A DNA stretch of 64,000 nucleotides, taken from Azolla caroliniana (lineage: Eukaryota > Plantae > Polypodiophyta). The translations under genes and the position numbers were made by a program. The notes beneath the pieces are model-generated. The model had not been told where the DNA came from. It searched no databases and saw nothing but the letters and a program-made list of their open reading frames with translations. The stretch is taken from the NCBI GenBank assembly GCA_043228905.1, contig JBHGNT010000003.1, forward strand, positions 6,882,001-6,946,000. The letters run 5' to 3'. Shown piece by piece: positions 60,290-64,000 of the stretch (positions are counted from its first letter, which is position 1; every line of letters starts with the position of its first letter).

Positions 60290-61380
60290 CATTTAGGATC
60301 TGATTCACTATATCGGATTTTCAACTGGATAAAATTTGAAAAAATAGAAAACCTTGGATTTTCAACTGGAATCCAACGTGAAAATCCAAGATTTTTTATT
60401 ATTATTTAATTTCTAAAAAAAATTCCATAAAAAAATAAATAATGGAGTTTTAGCTAAAATACGATGCACTACATTGTATTTTACTCTATATAGCTAGAAT
60501 CCAATGTAGTGCATTGGATTAAAGTCGAAAATCCTTTTTTCTTTTTTCTTTTTCCAAAGTTTTTTATTTTTTTATTCTTTTCATAAAAAAATAAAAAAAT
60601 GGATTTTCAACTAAAATCGCATCGGATTTTAGTCTATACGGCTAGAATTTGATGCAGTGCATCAGATTTTAGCTAAAAATCCTTTTTCTTTTCAATTGTT
60701 TTTCATTTTTTCGATAAATAAATAAAACTATTTAAAAAAATGGATTTTCAACCGAAATCCGATCCACCGCATCGGATTTCAATTGAAAATCAAAATTTCT
60801 TTTAGTTTTTTCATAAAACAATAAACGAATAAAAAAATTATTGGATTTTCAATGGAAATCCGATGCACTACATCAGATTTCAGTTGCAAATCCATGATAA
60901 ATGAAAAAAATAAAAGAAAAATCTTGGACTTTTAACGGAAATATTGCACTGCATCGGATTCTAGCTGTATTCACTAAATCTGATGCAGTGCATTGGATTT
61001 CAGTTGAAAATCTATTTTTTTATAATTGTTTTTATTTATATGGAAAAAAAAAGTAAAAATAGATCCTAACTTTATTGACTAAAATTCACTGCAATACATC
61101 AAATTTCAATTGATAATACATTTTCTAAATTTTTTAAATTTTAATCTTGTTATGGAAAAAATGAAAAAAAAATTTGCGTATTTTCAACTAAAATCAGATG
61201 CAATGCATCATATTCTAGATGTATAAAGTAAAATACAATGCAAGAGTATTTTTAATGGAAAATGTTTAAAAAATTCCAAGACTTACAACGGGAATTTGAT
61301 GCCCTACATCAAATTCTAGACATATAGAGTAAAATTTGACATAGTGCATCACATCTAGATGGAATGCATCGAATTTTTGT
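60290..61380. repeat. Array of palindromic AAATCCGATGCA.TGCATCGGATTT motifs with A/T spacers (DNA-transposon subterminal-type repeats)
   Basis: About a dozen degenerate copies, e.g. GAAATCCGATGCACTACATCAGATTTC near 60855. Confidence 0.7.
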
Positions 61381-62154
61381 TTGACATCAAAGGTTTACTA
61401 TGAGAATCTAAGAAAAACGAAAAAACATCTTTAAGGCAATTTTTAGATTCTAATGATTTTGGTAGAAGGTTTCTCTCACATAATCAAATATCGTAAATAG
61501 AAAGTACATAATTAAATATCATAAACAAAAAGTGAAGAAGAAAGAATGCATTAAGGACATCTACTTTTAGATTGGATAATGTTTATATACTAGTGTATGA
61601 CTATCTTTGACCAAAACAGGCTATCTACGACAGACTACAATGAGGATACTAAAAGACACAACACAAAGACAAACAAGAAGCATGACTCATAACCACGATG
61701 AGGTTGGATTGCAATTGGATGAAGACAATGCATTAGTTGCCATTGATGATGAGGATGAGACCTCATAAACTCCTACTAGTTCATCTAATGGGTATGAAGA
61801 TGATGGCATAAACTTGGAAAATGATTGTTCTGATACGTTAACTGTAAATATTGTATTGTACATCAAGATTTGGATTCATGAATTTCTATAAATATTGATG
61901 TTAGTCATTTTGGACATTCATTTGTACGTTTGGCATGTCCATTATTTTGGCATTTTTTCAACACCTAAATTTTCATACATGCTAGAAATCAATTATATTT
62001 TTGGGTCCTTTTTTAAAATCCTTTACACATGCGGCACTCCTTTTTGTGAATCACCCTAATTTGTGTCATTTTTTTATGGACATTTCTCAAAATGTGACAT
62101 ATTACCTGTTTTAAATGTCTCAATGTTCAATGCAAGTAAAATCACTGGCGAACC

Positions 62155-62545
62155 GTGTAGCGAATAGTGGTAGCAATCGAGGACCGAATAGTGGCGACAA
62201 TTGAGCATACAATGGCCGCAATGGAGGAGCTAACTCAGTCGGAATGAACAATGACAGCAATCCAAGAGCGACCAGGGGCGACAATTGAGCGTACAATGCC
62301 CGCAATGGAGGAGCTAAATCAGCTGGAGTGAACTGTGGCAACAATCCAGGACCGAGTAGTGGTGACAACTGAGCATACAATGGCGGCAATGGAGGAGCTA
62401 AGTTAGATGGAGCAAATAGTGCCAGCAATCCAAGACTGAACTATGGCAATAATTGAGCGTACAATGGCTGCAATGGAGGAGCTAACACACTCGGAGCAAA
62501 CAGTGGAAACAATCCAAAACTGAACAGTGGCAGCAATGGAGGAGT
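62155..62545. repeat. 84-bp tandem repeat, ~4.5 copies
   Basis: ACAATTGAGC.TACAATG…AATGGAGGAGCTAA recurring at 62197, 62281, 62365, 62449. Confidence 0.88.
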
Positions 62546-62699
62546 ATTTTATAGATAAAATACATAAAATATGTTAAATACTTAGAATACATGGAGAATA
62601 CTTGTACAATACGTAAAATACTTCTTAAAATTTAATGTTTTTTTCATAGTGTTCTAAAACGTATTCTAAATGTAGAATACATGTTTTTGAGCAACTATG

Positions 62700-64000
62700 G
62701 CCACGACTGCATCTCTACCATACTTAGCTTCAGTTGATTGTAATGTATAGGCATAGCCACAAGTAGATTTTCAATTATCTACATCTTTCACCTAATTGGA
62801 GTTAGACAAATTTGTCCGTCCATTTAAAGTGATTTGGGACGAGTTATGATTGACATGTGTATGATTAAGTAATCACTAAATCTTTAGTATGCTTAAGGTA
62901 TCGAAGTACAAATTGAAGAACTTGCTAGTGTTTTGGACCTAGATTGAGCATGAAATGTGATAATAAACTGGCACTAAAGCATATACCATGCCTTGTATAG
63001 CTAACTAGATACCTGATATATCCTATGACTTGTTTATATGGTGTAGAAGGAAAAGGAATGAACAAATAATATTTCTAATACTTTCCATTTCAAAAGACTC
63101 TTTAGTAGCTCTAACGACATCTTCTACGATAGTTTACAAGCAGTTACGAGTTGGGTAAATCTATTGTCTTACAATGGAACATGTCAAACATTTAAGAATG
63201 TAAGATGTTGGAGTACATAGTACGATTATTTTGACTTTGAATCCTAGAAAATAAGACGTTGTATTTATATCGATGATTGGAAACATGACTTATAATTCTT
63301 GTTTACATATTGCGATATAAGATATAGAATTTGATACCAATGATAGATCATCTATATATAGTCCTATTAATATGAAACTAGATACACTCACTCGAATATA
63401 TATATATATATATATATATGGTAAAACCATTACTGAGAAGAAAGGTGTGCAAACCATGATACCACACTCATGGTGGTCAACAAAGTCCATAGATGGATTT
63501 TCAAAGTCAACATATATGATTTGGAAATTGTGCACTTCCGAAGGAAGGTGGTTGTTGCATATTGACTTGTTCGTTGAGTTCACCATGTAAAAACATCATT
63601 TAAACATCCAAATAATGAAGTTCAAGGTTTAGATCCATGAGCATATAAAATGACATTTAGGGTGGGGCGAAAAGTGTCTTTGAAGTAGATTCCGAGTACT
63701 TGCGAATCTTCGTGCAATGAGTCTAGCTTTGTAATGTATATGATTGTGAAGGGAGTTTGTTTGTAACTATTTAGTGGATCTCTGTATTAATTCTACTAAT
63801 TGGATGTAATTTTTGGATGCTTGAGATGCTTAACCTTTGGTTTTTTAAAATGTTATTACACGAAAAATAGTATAATCATCGATGAAGTTGATGAAATATT
63901 CAGATCCGCTTATTGATTTTGCAGGGAAGTGTCCACCAATGTCGTTGTGTACAAGTTCTATTGGATGTTGGCATTTCCTATGTCGAATTGGAAATGGATG
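62700..64000 (-). pseudogene. Heavily decayed Copia RT/RNase H remnant
   Basis: ILIGLYIDDL in ORF 63290..63586; QSTEAKY on the minus strand near 62720-62740. Confidence 0.6.

Noticed and set aside
61560-62699. hAT transposon 3' end
   Set aside because: Terminal motif is suggestive, but no matching left TIR, TSD or readable transposase was found.

Overview
Eukaryotic, almost certainly land-plant, nuclear DNA. It is probably a non-seed plant (moss, liverwort, lycophyte or fern), inferred from Tcn1-like chromovirus, RTEX-like LINE, Sola-like transposase and PLS-PPR remnants. The window is a heavily nested transposon cluster with no intact host gene. Left block: an old Copia element was hit by a Gypsy chromovirus, which was in turn hit twice by a young Tnt1/Tto1-like Copia family. 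One of these copies is intact (4052-9389); a sister copy sits inside another old Copia at 24095-29661. Middle block: two head-to-tail RTEX-like LINE remnants. Right block: an L1-type LINE (~33190-52800) split by a non-autonomous tRNA-Arg-primed LTR element and a foldback-type DNA element. The foldback element itself carries a young gag-only tRNA-Trp-primed LTR element with a 4-bp TSD and a chimeric tandem array. These are followed by PPR and cullin-1 gene fragments, a Sola-like transposase remnant, palindromic subterminal repeats and a decayed Copia pol. Most notable: (i) outward-facing tRNA-like A/B-box cassettes in the LTRs of two unrelated Gypsy-type families, also amplified five-fold in a tandem array; (ii) a Tf1-like self-priming signature and a -1 frameshift/pseudoknot signal in the chromovirus; (iii) intronless cullin-1 fragments in permuted order; (iv) an LTR element with two PBS copies and conflicting orientation signals. 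All family and tRNA assignments come from motif recognition by eye, not database searches.
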